A stretch of 63,999 bases of DNA, filler included, from Sphacelaria rigidula (GCA_964200075.2; 5 parts of 5 records of this genome joined end to end with filler, not necessarily neighbours in it); one strand, 5' to 3'. Shown: positions 1 to 12,996, numbered from the whole stretch's first letter. Notes: generated by a model not told the origin, from the letters alone. Numbers and translations are program-made.

Positions 1-754
1 ATTTATTGTGGGAAAAACCTCAGTTGTAAATCCTCAGTTCTCCATCAACGGTTCCAAAAGGGTTAAACATCTTCCCTCATGGTAGGGATCAGCGACGGAA
101 CTGCGTGGTACGGTGGGGAACCGAGTTGCGTGCACGCACGTGGACAGTGCAAGCAGTACAAAGCTGCTCGTTGCTGAAGTCGTTTTCACGTCGTATTGTA
201 AGCAGAGAGATGGTAGTGCTGGACTGTCTGCACTGCACGTTGCCCGCTTCTTGAAATCCTCCTGCACGGAATACGCACACACGCACTCGAGACACCGCTT
301 GCCAGCAGTGCAGACAGTACAGACTGTCTGTACTGTACACGAGTGACCATGTACCGTCTCACGGATTTCACAGTTTTTTTCGATCGAAAGCTTGAAAATC
401 CATCTGGACCCGACTGCATCCAGACGAGACAATTTCGCTCAGATCGATTCCACCGCCCCAATTTTTCGATCGAAAAACAAAGTGCTGAGACACGCGCTGA
501 CAGAGAAGAAGAGGTGGGGAAAAAAATACCGACAACAACCATTTTTACGGCGGAAGGCCACAGAAGAATCCACCGACATACGTCATGCTCGCACCAAAAA
601 TGTCGCCACGGTGCGGTCGGATTAGTTTGATCGAATGAGGGGGCACGGCGAGTCAAGTATGTTCAACTTTGTACACACCGCAAAAACCAGCACCGCGGCG
701 TCTGAATTGAGTACGTAAAAAATCAGCACCACCTGTATATTTTCTATATGCTAT

Positions 755-886
755 ATATTTAGTCCCGTGTGGCACTGCGGCACACATTTATGTAGGTGCA
801 CCCCACCGGAGTATTGTTGTGCTGCAGTCCGGAGGTCGTACTCGAACCCGCCCAACACTTGGCAAGCGTGCTAAGCCACATCCCCG
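755..886 (-). mobile_element. Possible tRNA-derived SINE head (second family)
   Basis: Minus strand reads GGGGATGTGGCTTAGCACGCTTGCCAAGTGTTGGGCGGGTTCGAGTAC: A-box-like TGGCTTAG and B-box GGTTCGAG, no full cloverleaf. Downstream boundary approximate. Confidence 0.35.
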
Positions 887-2336
887 AAACAAAGTAGTAT
901 GCCGGCGCACACAGAAATCCCCTCACCACACCTGGAAGGATTGAGGTGCGATACAGTTTTTACGCGATTCACCGCCAGTTGGAAGCGGTCGCGGGTCTGC
1001 AAGATACTCCTCGAGTAAAATAGTGGTCCTTGGAAGCTGCAAACAATCAATCATATGTTGTTGAAAAAACAGCACCTCGAAATCAACACGTTTCCATTGC
1101 AAGTACCAAAAGGGTCAACAATGGCCGAGGGGCACCATATTGGGAAATGAAGGCACCTTCCCCCCCCCTCCCAAGGCGCCAAAACTTCATTATGGGGCCG
1201 TTGAAAGGGGGGGATACCCTATTGAAGGATGGGGGTACTCCCCTGATCGATGGATGATGGCGATAGTAGTTGCTGTACTGCACCGCACGTGCATGTCGGC
1301 AGCGTTCGCCTGCGCAGCGTATACCGAAACGGTAGGTGGTAGAGGTAGGTCGGAGCAAGTAGAGAAGAACATATCCGTAGAGGAAATGAGTGGCGAACAA
1401 ACGAGGCGGCGAATCGGGTGATCTTCCCCGTACAACACCATTGTTGGCAGATATGGCTTTGCAATTTGTTGGAAATGAACCGGCCCAGCACACATACTGT
1501 TAGGGATGCGAATGGGGGGGGGGGTCTTAGCCTCCGAATTTTGTCCCGACAGCTCGACGAAATTTTACCGACCGTAGACAACTCATCCTCGTTTCCTTTC
1601 TTCCATGTAGAGACACTTGATTAAACACTACATCATTAGAACGAGAAAATCCTGCGTTCAAGCGACGCCCTCCCTGCTCAGGCGCCACATACACGTCCAC
1701 ACCCCTCACACGCGGTGCAAGGTAACTTCTTTCTACTCAACTCTTCTAGCATTCACTGAAACGTTGCAAAAAAAAAATTGCCGTCTGGTGTACCGAGCGT
1801 GGGACTTTCCCGGAAAGCGAGGCTATCAAAACATGCATTGTGATTTGAAGCATACAACGCAAAAAACAGCGCTCGAGTCGCACTCGTGGTCGACGAGATC
1901 GTCTCTGATTTAGCCAGCCTATCGATTGACTCTCCCCAACAAACCACCGTCCCCGACAAGAGCAAATAAAAAACACGCAGACGGGACGGGGGAGGCAAGG
2001 AGGGAGAAGAGGTCTGAGCCGGAGTAGCTTTTTTCGGTGCGTAAAAGTATGTCCGTGCGTAATGCACTCCGACAAGTTAGTAGCGGAGAAGCGTTGCCGC
2101 TTGTATACCCAGCCGCTCTGGGGACCAACGTTAGAGACCGTGGTGTGTACTGGAACAGACAACGCTATGGTGACTGTCTTGTGCTCCTCTGTTTCTTGGT
2201 TATGCAGAGTCCACCTTTACCGCCACATGCGGCCTGCGTCTGTACATCATACCCGCGCTGTAACGAAGCTTCAGTGTTGTGTTCGCATGTATTAAATTGG
2301 CATGATTTGACTCGAGATATGAACAGGACCTAGATT

Positions 2337-3365
2337 ACCCACCGTGGAAGCCCAAGGGTTCACTTTCAGAGCCGGGGGTACGACGAGTTCACGCTCTCCA
2401 ACGGTTTCTTATAATCTGGTCCATGGTGATAGCCATAGATAATGGGAGCAATGGGAAGGACCGAAGGGGGGGGCGGGAGAGAAGACAACCCTTTACTACA
2501 CTGTATTGTATTGCCCTGTAGTGCACTGAGCCTTGTTGTTCGGCTTTGTCCATCTCTGTACAACCACCTTCAGGGCGAGTCATCTGTTGTTCATTAGCAC
2601 ATGACTTGAAAGATGAGTGCAAGACCCATATCACCCACCGTGGAGGCCCAGGGGTTCACTTCCAGCGCTGAGGGCAACACGAGTTCACGCTCTTGAAAGT
2701 TTTCTTGTAATCTGGCCCATGGTGATAGCCATAGAAAATGGGAGCAACGGGAAGGACCGCAGGGGGGGGCGGGAGAGAAGACAACCCTTTACTGAACTGT
2801 GCTGTTCTACGTTGTGCTGCACTGTTCTATCCTGTACTGTGCACTGTTCGGCTTTGTCCATCTATACACAACCACCTTCAGGGAGAGTAATCTAATGTGC
2901 GTTGACATAATTTTGACTTGAAAGATGAATGCAAGGCCTGATTTTTTTCTGGGTCTGATTTATTTTGTGATTTTTCTTTTACCCTAGCTTGGGGTAGTTA
3001 GCCTGTGACCACGGCAGTCGTCCACATCAGATGCGCAGTACAGAGAACTGCGCAGATATCGGAACGGTTTTTAATGTGAAGACAACAACAACAACAACAA
3101 CGCAACAAGGCCCAGATGATCCACCGTAGAGGCATAGATTCAACGCTTTTCGAAGTGTCCGTGTAAACTTTCGTGGTGTCAATTGAAGAAGGGAAGGAAA
3201 GCAGCGGGGGGAGAGATGAGACATCTCTGCACTGTACTGTACCACACAGCTTTTATAATGCATTGTATACTGTTGTTGTACTCTCTGCTTTAATTCGGCT
3301 TTGTTTATAGTCACCCCCAGGGTGGATCATCTGCATCAGAATAATCTTTACTTGAAAAATGAATA
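2337..3365. repeat. ~300-bp direct repeat: two adjacent copies (2337-2628, 2633-2938) plus a degenerate third (~3108-3365)
   Basis: Shared blocks ACCCACCGTGGA, CCATGGTGATAGCCATAGA, GGGGGGCGGGAGAGAAGACAACCCTTTACT, TTCGGCTTTGTCCATCT, GACTTGAAAGATGA in the same order. Confidence 0.85.
2998..3100 (+). mobile_element. Retroposon-like 3' end with (CAA)n tail; second copy at ~9652-9765
   Basis: TAGCCTGTG.CCACGG...CATCAGATGC...GCGCAGATATCGGAACG...GACAACAACAAC present at both sites. Confidence 0.6.
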
Positions 3366-4607
3366 ATCAGTACGTCTATGAGCAATTTACCTGCGGCAGT
3401 GTGTGTGATCTGCTCAGAAAGCCTTCTGGTGTTCTCTTGAAACCGACCGGACGGGCTCTTGTTTCTGACTGGCGAGCTTGATTTGTGCATCAGGAAGAGC
3501 CGGGACACTTTGGGGGATTTGTTTTCTATACTTTTCGTGAGCGATTCGCATCCCTAACTGTGCAGACAGTACAGTACAGGCCGGCACTGCACTGTCTGTA
3601 CTGTCTGTACTGCCTGTGTATTGAATACAACTAAACAAATACCGCTTCACGTAAATTTCATTTGGGAAGTGCCACCACATCCTGAATGTTGGATACCCAC
3701 TTTGACCACACCATGTCCACAACATTTCCCTTTGCAACCTCTCCTTGTCTTGTGTCGCGGTTCAATATGGCGGCGACATGTAGATATACACGTTGTATGA
3801 ACACGGCTGTCTGCCCAAAGGCGGGCAAAGTACGTGACCAAGTGAAATTCACACATCATACAGATCTATAAAATCATACCATTTTTATGCCGGCTGGTAA
3901 CACCGCGTAGTCAACTTACAGCATGTACATTTCAGTCATTCAGTAGCAGCACAGAAACTACTCGTTGTACACCGCCCTCCCCAGTATAGTGGCCGGAACA
4001 CTGCGATAGTGCTACGTCGGTAACCACCGGTCTTGCTGAAGCCAGCGCGTCTCAATACTCATTATCCAGTGATCATCGCGACGCAAAAGTCATTATCCAG
4101 CCGGCAAATATGCTCCCCGGTGGCGACAAGAACAACTGATACACCAAAACCCTTCGGTTTTGGCTTGCTCACGTCAAGGCGAACCCCGTGTGATCGGAAT
4201 GATCGTTCAATCCCGTGTACTAGTGAAGAAAAAAGAAGAGTAAGGTTTTTGCCAGCTTGATTTGGTCATTTCCTCATTCTCGACCGCTCGGGGGGGAAGG
4301 GGGGGTGCCGTCATTTCTCGATATGGGCCCCTTGCAATGGCAATAACATGTAGCAATCGTCGGAAATGAGTATAGCATGCGCATAGTGTGTATTCAATGA
4401 TGCCTATAGGATGCGTAGCAATATCCCTTTTGGGACTAATCTTCAGTAACAAGGGTTCACCATGCGTTAGTAAAATAATATTTTAAAAGGTCTGGGAGCG
4501 ACCTGCTCAATCACGGCGAGGCGAAATTGATCGACCGCATCCGAACAACCAGTGTGGGGGGGGCTGTCGCCGTGAGTGATGTCACTGCCGAGTTTGTAGG
4601 GCTGGGT

Positions 4608-4765
4608 ACTGGCGAAGCCAGTGAGGATCCTGTATACTGGCTGCTGACGCAGCCAGTATACAGGACCCGATCATTGCACTGGTGGCGCGGCGAAGCCGCG
4701 CCACCATCGCCCCCCCCCGGTTGGTGAGGGGGCCCCGTCGGAGGCGCCCCCGCAGGGCCCCGGTG
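4608..4765. other. Cluster of perfect DNA hairpins, probably part of a transposon terminus
   Basis: ACTGGC-GAA-GCCAGT (4608-4622); 17-bp stem with TGAC loop (4628-4665); TGGTGGCGCGGC-GAA-GCCGCGCCACCA (4680-4706); CCC-GCA-GGG further on. Confidence 0.6.
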
Positions 4766-5774
4766 GAGGCGCTATTTACGCGATTCGACTTCACTAGAGC
4801 ATAGAAAATGAGGGATTTTTGCCCATGTGACGGAGGCACCATCGCGGGGAACACGATAGAAATTTTGAGGACAACGCCCAAATTTATTGGTTTTCTACTT
4901 TTCTACATGGGGGAATGCGGCACAAATTTTAAACTTTGCAACACCCGCAAAATCCAGGATCTCCAGGATCGTGGCAGACGTAGTCTGGGCATATGAAAGT
5001 GCATGAATTGTTCCACCTAACCCCTTACGTTGGGAAGTATTGAAAAAATGCGAGCAACCGAGTAGCAAGACCTACAAAACCAGCAGTTGAAGGCACAAGG
5101 TCACAAGATGGTGAGCGGCACTCTTGTTTACTGGACCAGACAACCTCTCGCAAAAAAACAAAGGAAGCAACGACACGGCAGCCCTGAAATCAAGCCAAGA
5201 AGCCAAGAAAAACGAAACAAAACAAAGGGGAGACGAACGAGCATAGCATGCTACAACAGTACGTGGGAGATAACAATGGTGCCAAAGCTACCCAACCGAA
5301 ACCTACACCGCGCACAAATTACAGCCGCTAGTACCAGCATAACGAGCAGAGTCATTACGATGGTGATTGTTTTCGCTATCAGCCTTTTCAGCGTAGATTT
5401 GTATGCACTGGTGTACTGGCGGAGCTGTCTACCAGTGCATATGCACTGGCAGTAGGTACTGGTTCAGTACCCCACCCTGCGAGTTTGTGAGTGTACCCTG
5501 TCCCTGACCCACAAAAAAGCTTTCGAAGCAAAAGAAAGCCTCGATGGTCCGGGATCTCTTCTTTTTTTTCTCAATTTACTTGCATTTTATATAGGTCCTT
5601 CCCCCATTCCCCCGAGTTTATTTTGGGTCACTATCCCACAGTAAAACGTAGTAATAACACTCACACAGGGTGCTCGGGGGAAAGACGGGAAGAACGTACC
5701 CTACTATACATGTGGTCTTCTCCACAAGGCGACTGAATCTAGCAACGCGTGGAAAGAGAGAAGGAGCTATAGTC

Positions 5775-6374
5775 ATGCGTTCCGCCTACCCCTCTGTCGA
5801 TGCCTTGCAGTGTGCAGTAAACATGTATGTGGTTGGCGGGGACGAACAGGCTGTGTATAGGCAGCTGATCTCCGTAGCTGAGAACTGCCGACAACGTGTA
5901 AGGGAGTATGCAGCGGCAGCTGCTGCTGCAGTCGGAGATGCGTACTGTACTGTATGTGCGCCGCAAGGCCTATGCCCTTCGAAGAGAGTCTGCCGCTTGC
6001 AACAAAGAGGGATGTCGCGGCCCACCCCTACCACACGGGGCTGTGTGGCAAGGTGATGGGGACAACAATATCATCCAAAGCCACAGTTGACGGGCGGCCC
6101 TCCGTTCGCCACATACTGTTGCAAGCTCTCTACGGCGACCCATACTGCTTATTGCATCTATACATTACCTGATGCGCATCCCACCCGAACTACAGTTTGT
6201 ACCTGCACCAGAAAGTAGATTGAATGAAACGTTTGGCCTTCCCCCTAACCCTGCGGTTACATACGTGGATTTTCGGCAACATGAAGCCACTGTTTCCTGC
6301 AGACGCCAGACACGTCATTCCTAACCAGACTCATTGGTCGTTCTGGAGGCCCGGTCCCCAAAAGGGATATGTTG
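5775..6374 (+). CDS. Putative exons of an unidentified protein (5775-5897, 6303-6374)
   Basis: MRSAYPSVDALQCAVNMYVVGGDEQAVYRQLISVAENCRQR|gtaagg and ttcctgcag|TPDTSFLTRLIGRSGGPVPKRDML|gtatat are phase-compatible; no family recognised. Confidence 0.3.
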
Positions 6375-8479
6375 GTATATTGTGCTGCTACTGAGCAATG
6401 CCATTGACCAATGTGTGTTCATCTCGATCACCAATAGAGCATGACCTAGCTGATACGTGAAACACAGGTGAATATCCCCCGTTCCGATGAAGATATTGCT
6501 GTACATCCTATCCAACAGTCAACTTGACATGGCCTCGGAATGGTCAGTACCAAATGCTTTCATCAGTCTTTCGCGTGCCATGGATGGCCAGCATGCCAAT
6601 TTTCTGAGTATTCACAACAGATCTTAATATGCCCTTTACTAGAAAAGAGCGATGCTATCGCCAAGTAATATGTGCCGGACTGTCACGTTCAGCGCGGCGA
6701 TTGCCATGACGGCACCTTTCTCTGAAACGAACACGCCACCATACGGTGTGCGATTCAGAGTCTCACCTGTGTGAATTTCACCGATCCTCTCCGCACGGCT
6801 CCAGCTGCCCGAAATGTCACTATCGTGTGCTGTTTTTAGGTGTGGTCTTTGACAAATCATGTGTCTCGAGATTCTTTTCAACCTTAGCAACACCAGTTTT
6901 TTGCTCGTACATGAGATGTAATTTCTCGATACCGGTAGCACCTCTCGGAACGCCGAGGCACTTGAATTGGCCACAACGACTGCGCGCACGTCATGGCTCG
7001 AGGCGGGTTTTGTGTGCAATTGAGAAACTTTCGAGGAACTGGAGTTATGAAGCATAGATGAATGAAGAAAAAATACTGCGCGTCAACTCAGCGGCACAGC
7101 TCCCGCGGTTTCTCGACACAGACAAGACAACCTTCACACGACTGATGGCTGAATTAAAGCATCCGGCTTGTGTGCACAGCACAAACTAAACCAGATGTTT
7201 TCCAGCCAGTTGATCCCGGAGCTATGTAACTTTGAACGCACGTGTTTCTTGATTCGCGTTAGATGTCAACGAGGATAGTCACCTCCATCAAACAAAACAC
7301 GTGACGGATTATCTTACAATCTCTTGGACCCTACGGTGACACGGTTGAACTTTGCACGTCACAGTCCACCACCCTAAGTCAGCTTCCCTTCGTCGCCTCG
7401 GGACGAAAGCAACGTTTCTGGGTTGCACAGCCCCTACACGCTGAAAGAAAATCAAAGTCCATGTCACAGAACATATGTGGTGGCACAGTCGGTGTGCCTC
7501 CCTGGAAGTCGCTGCTGGTTTTTCCACTTTTTGAAGCAGCAGAATTTGGACATCGCAGAGAGATGTTGGGTGATCCCAGCCCCGCTTCACCCACCTACCG
7601 ACGGGAACACTTTCGTACCTGCCTGCGATAAGGCCTATACACACGATCTGACGTGCTGCGTTGCGCTGACATTCGTTTGCAACGACCGCACTCGAGTAGT
7701 CGGCATCTCCCCAACTCCACCCAAGCCCCACCCTCCGTTAGCGAGGCAAGAAATTGGCTCGGAACCCGCGTTGCTATCCCCAGCGTCGTATTGTTCTGGT
7801 GTTGCCCTTCGCCAACCCCTTGCTATTGTTTTCTCGTTCGTGATTCCCAGCAAGCACGGGCTCGTCACGCCGTACGCGCTGATTCCCAGAGTATATCGCA
7901 GGCTACGTCCACGACATCACAACAATCGCTTTCTTTCGCTCTGTTTCCCACCGACAAGCATGAGCGCGCGTGCACTCGCTCTCACGCTGAGCTGTTGCAG
8001 TGGTGACCGTTCTCGCACCATCATGGCTGCAGACGGGTTGGGGGCTGCTGTGACGTAACTACTCCTGTGGTCACAAATAAGTGGAACTAAATTTCATTTA
8101 GAAATATGAGTGAAAATTCGTACCCTTTTCATGTTGACGTTTTGTGGAAATTTGTTTTTTGTGCATTCGGTCACTGTTGTCTATACGTCCATTTTGGACC
8201 ATCATTAGGAGCATGGGTCTCACTATAGAGCAAGGAAATGATGGCCCATACGTGGAAATACGTCTGCTGAAGTAGCTTCTTCGCATAATACAGCCGAGAG
8301 GGTCCGCACACTATGGGGCAGGGCAAGATGTCAGCCATATTTAGTATCATCTTAAACCAACGCCAACTCCATCCGAGCTAGTAGCCCGCGGTGATTCTGT
8401 TGCAAAGCGAAGGTTGGGTTGCTACCAGCACCATCTATAAATCGAGTTTCGTGTTATCATAGCTGCAGTACCGGTTACG

Positions 8480-11227
8480 ATGCATGAAACCCTTACTCAT
8501 GCAACATCGACCGCCCCCATTGTTTCCACCGCTGCTGCTGCACAATTTCAGGCGGCGTTCCGAGGATATCGGACACGCGAACGCCTACGTATGCTGCCAG
8601 CGAGGGAAGCAGAGTGTGCCATCAGAGCTTTACATCGCAATTCTCGCGGATTCAGGCTGTTGACCATGTTTCTGCTGTTTTATGCTCTATATTTCGCCAT
8701 GGTGTTCACCGGCGTCGATATCCCGTTCGAGCGAGCGGTGGAACAGGGACTGCAAAACCACGTGGACTCGGTGAGTATCAGTAATTTCGTGCTAGTGTAG
8801 TTGTGGAGTGTGTGTTGTGTGTTGTCGTCCCATTTATTCTGAACGCCGGCCTACACCTATCGGTATATGTGGGCGCACCAGCCGGGGTCACACAAGAGGA
8901 AGGTCAACACAGGAGCTTTTTTTTGTTTGTTTTTAGTACCCCACCTTCCTTCTGAGGTGCTTGGCTTTACTCTTTATCGCGATAGGGGTTCAGCAGTTCC
9001 TTTCCCTCGTCGACCGTCAGGTCGAATTTTGTGTACCCACGACATGGTCGCGCTCCACTGTTGGGCATGGTGTGAGAAAAATCCCAGATCGCTCCGAGAC
9101 TTGACCCCACGGCCCAACCGTCAGAAGGTTTCGAGGTTGCCAACTGAGCCACCGGGGCGACCGGCTGTATAGGAGTTATAAGAGTAGCGAGCCGAATCCC
9201 ACAGTAGCAGTTTCACCCATTGGCGTTACTCCTGTGCTCGAGCCAGTCGTTGGTACCTCCCGCTTTCAATCGCATCATCCCGAACAGGACGCGTATGCGT
9301 TGTTTCACAACCTTTCCCTGCCGCCCTCCGGTACTCCCGTACCCGCACATGGATGCGCGCGCGCGGCATACTCGTGCTGCTATCAGGTCAAGTTCGGTGC
9401 GGAAGGGAATCGGGGTTACAACGACGTGATCTCCCTTTCAGATGTTCACCAGTGGGTTCAGGTGAGTTGGCTTAGCAGTTACGCAATGGGCTACCAAGCG
9501 CGCAATATACCCACAATACGATACGTGCTGAAGTTTTTGTCTATGACGTCTCTCCCTGAGTGTATGGCGTCTCTCCTGAGTGTGCTCCTGTTCGATCCGA
9601 TGCGGTTTGTTTTGACGAACCCTGTTCGAGTCACTATTCTTCGTGTTTTTGCTAGCCTGTGGCCACGGAAGGCGACCGCATCAGATGCCCGGCACGAATG
9701 TACCGCGCAGATATCGGAACGTTTTTTTGAATGGGATGACAACAACAACAACATCAACGACAACAATACCACACAGCCGCAGAACGAGATATTCTGAACG
9801 TTTCCGTATGTTGCGTTCGGGCCAGGGTACTATGTTGTTCTCGGATAGACATACGGGTTTCACTCTTCCGCCGCTCTGTGTGTCATGAATACTGCCCTGT
9901 ATGCTGTCTTCGTTCCCTCTAGGCGTTTTTCCGTGAGACGTATTCGGGCACGCAGATCGAGGACATTTGCGTGCCGTGTGCAATCAGACCACCGGATGAT
10001 ATTTGCGACCGTTGCGATATCTGGGAATACTTCGATGCCACTACCAACGGCACGTCGGATTCCTTTTACTACAATGGAACATCGATAGACTGCCAGACTT
10101 GCGTGGTGAGTTTTCGTGATCTGCACGCTACTCAAGCGTCACACCACGACCATTTTGAAGCAGAGAGAGTCACCAACGTCTCATACATGGTCGTACATCA
10201 GTAAAGTTAAAGTTCTCATGATGAGTGCAAGCCTTCGCGGTTTGGCCACTCCTGGTTCAAACTCAAAAAGTTGCAACGTCTCACGGTCCGCTTCTGTTGC
10301 CTCTCTTGCCCCGCGGTTTGAACGCAAAACCACGCTGCAGGCTTCGTGGTTATGTGGTCCAATCCAGGCACAGGCTTGCAACTTTAGCTTGAGCGGAGGC
10401 TCGTTAGCAGACTTCAACATCACGGAACGTATTGAGCAATGGCGGTCGTCCCCCTACTCCACGCTCCCTCTGCGCCACACCGTCAGCTCAGAGATGTTAT
10501 CGGAATTTGTAAATTTGACGGCGCTTGCGGAGTTGGATCTGACCCCGGAGGGAGGCATTTCGTCCTCGACTGGACACATGACAGTTCAAAACGTGTGTAT
10601 CCGTTCTGTGTGCAAGGGTTGACCGTGTAAAGTCTGCGTACAGCTTTGTGTGATGAGCGGGTTATTGTACCAGATTTTGATGCGACTCGCACGTCTGCCG
10701 ACTCGGCGTGTGTGCCTTACCGGTATAGTGGGTGTGACTATACGACGGGGGTGGCCCTCTGTGAGTAGATCTCGGGTCGTCCGTCAAGTAAATACAGGGA
10801 CCTTGGTGACGAAGATGTGGACATAACGGATGTCAACTGCAAGCGCAGTGATCGGCACAGCCTATTGCACATCGCCTAGATAGAACGTGCGCATCGTCAC
10901 ACGCATTTTCTTCTGACTTTGTTGCAACTGTGCGGTCTAGAGGGTGGCGAGACGGTCGTGACGGACATCCCAAGGTTCGTCTGCGGATCCACTTTTCCAA
11001 AAAGCCTGCTGTATGCGTTTCGAGCGCAAGGCACGTTTTTTTGTTTTTCTCCGATGCGTTCCGAGCTAGAGAAATCACGTGGGCATATCAAACCTCTCCG
11101 TCAGTCACGTTTGCTTCTTTTCTGCTGCGCATCATAATAGGTGAACGAGTGCAAGGCCTGGGGTCCCGCACACATCATATTCAACGGGATCACGGAGGAC
11201 CTGCTGCGCATGATACAGCGCTTTAAG
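8480..11227 (+). CDS. IQ-motif, polycystin-2/TRPP-like membrane protein, partial
   Basis: Phase-0 exons ~8480 (or acceptor near 8551)-8770, 9387-9461, 9923-10105, 10341-10592, 11141-11227. IQ-like FQAAFRGYRTR, TM LLTMFLLFYALYFAMVF, then YNDVISLSDVHQWVQAFFRETY resembling the start of the polycystin extracellular (TOP) domain; Cys-rich, several NxS/T sites. Pore region not seen; both ends unresolved. Confidence 0.55.
8800..9164 (-). mobile_element. tRNA-derived SINE, near full length, intronic
   Basis: Minus-strand head GGTGGCTCAGTTGG (A box) and degenerate B box GGGTCAAGTCTC, ~250-bp body, CA-rich tail; homologous to 12831-12897 and ~57297-57520. Confidence 0.75.
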
Positions 11228-12730
11228 GTACTGTGTGCGCCAGATCACCGATATCTCGTCGATTCACCGTCTCCCTCCGTCTTTTTAGCACGAAAATGAG
11301 GGTACAAAGCTGCTGATTGATGGTTCCGCGCGGAGTTTAGCCTTACCAAGCTAGGGATAGTGACCAACCGGCGAGTTTTCACTACCGGTCATCATTTGTG
11401 TCGTGTCCGTCGTTTCTATGGGAGCTCGTTTTAGACCCTTTGAAGCACGCAGCATTCGCGTTTATAAGTGTCCCGCATGCTTTGTGGATAGGGTCTGTCA
11501 GGAAATGTCGTGTGCAGGAATAAACAGACCAGATCATCCCGAAATACGCAGTGGACAAACTCTTATTCATGCGTACAAGTCATTTCACACGACACGAGCA
11601 GATACTCCCCGGGGAATATTCAGGTGTTGCCGGATTATTTTCCTCAAACCGTTCCTTGTAATCCCTTTCGTGAGAGAAACATTCCCCGAGATCGAGAGTT
11701 TTCTCCCGCAAAAAGTTATTTTCCCGCCCATCTCGTTGAAGAAAGATGTGTGTTTCGGAGAGATTGAAGCTCGTCGGAAAAGGAGTTGATCGTGAATGTC
11801 TCCCATCAAGCATGGTGCGATTAGCTGTAGAGTGCAGCCAGCATCGCTGTTCGACAGTATAAACGGTACACATAGCGCTAGTACATCGCTGTGCAGTAAA
11901 GTACATGCATACAGGCAAGCGGGAGCGACAGTATCATAGTGAGCGGCACATGAAGCACAGATAATACATGACTCTAGACTATGAATACTAGAGCGTTCGC
12001 TGCATCGTCCACCAAAATGACTGACGGGAAATATCACGTGGGTACGCGCCCCCTTCTTGGTGTGAGAGACCGCGAACCTTTTTCAGAGTCATGGAAACAG
12101 TTTCGGGAACTATTTTCGTCGAGACAAGCTGCTGGGAAAAAGTCATTGCCCGAAGGTTTTGCCCTCTATTTCCGGATCACAACAAGCGGCCTAACCCTGT
12201 GCTCTGCTCAGTATCAGCTTTCCTCCGCCCCACTGTCAACCTCGGCATTACTTTTTCTCTTTGCGCCCTGTTTACGGTTCGATGTGGATATTTTCGCCGG
12301 CTACGGCCTGTATATACTGGCATCTGCTGTACATTGAAGCAGTCTGTTTGTGGAAGTTTACGCTGCTGATTTCCGGTTGTTGATAAACTTCCGCATGGTT
12401 TCACTATGGCCCCTTCCCACAACGCAGGGGATCAGAGTCGGTCGGCTGTCCGTGGAATTCGGAACCGCGCGTTGTTGTCTTTTGGATGACGCCACTGAGG
12501 CTTGAATATTTACCGCGCGCGTGGTGCGAGCCGTGCATTCTCCTGCTTCTTTGCTTGCAGCGTCTGCGTTTACCTCCACACTTTGGCACGAGCACGCGTT
12601 CATGGACGCTAAAGGAGTTGGGCACAGGGGACGTCTTTTTTTTTTTTTTTTATTTGTCGCACTTTCAAACCCTCCCCTTCCTCGGGACGAGTCCGTTGTC
12701 TCAAGGGATAAACTCAACTCTCCCCAGTAC

Positions 12731-12830
12731 NNNNNNNNNNNNNNNNNNNNNNNNNNNNNNNNNNNNNNNNNNNNTTAATTAATTAANNNNNNNNNNNNNN
12801 NNNNNNNNNNNNNNNNNNNNNNNNNNNNNN
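12731..12830. other. Artificial contig linker N44-TTAATTAATTAA-N44
   Basis: Identical 100-bp spacer with stops in all six frames occurs four times. Confidence 0.98.
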
Positions 12831-12897
12831 AATCGAACCCCACTACTCAACCGTCAGAAGGTTACGAGGTTACCAACTGAGCCACGGGGGCGGCCGG
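12831..12897 (-). mobile_element. tRNA-derived SINE head, truncated by contig end
   Basis: Minus strand CCGTGGCTCAGTTGGTAACCTCGTAACCTTCTGACGGTTGAGTAGTGGGGTTCGATT: A box and B box; matches head at 9100-9164. Confidence 0.75.
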
Positions 12898-12996
12898 TTA
12901 GTAGACATGAGATTTTCCACCGGAGATTCCGAGACGGTGCGATATGCATACCACACGCAACATTTCACTTATTCTCGCAACGTACAACGTACATAC

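Noticed and set aside
2337..2938. Repeats as a CRISPR-like array
   Set aside because: Units are ~300 bp with no short repeat-spacer structure, no cas genes, eukaryotic context.
10341..10760. In-frame TGA at 10620-10622 amid cysteines (VCKG*PCKVC) with a phase-0 donor at 10761, suggesting selenocysteine
   Set aside because: An earlier phase-0 donor (AAC|gtgtgt, 10593) removes the TGA; no SECIS identifiable.
12775..12786. TTAATTAATTAA repeated at ~12.8-kb periodicity
   Set aside because: Artificial linker, not biological periodicity.
12831..12897. A-box/B-box sequence as a tRNA gene
   Set aside because: No cloverleaf; it matches the SINE head at 9100-9164.
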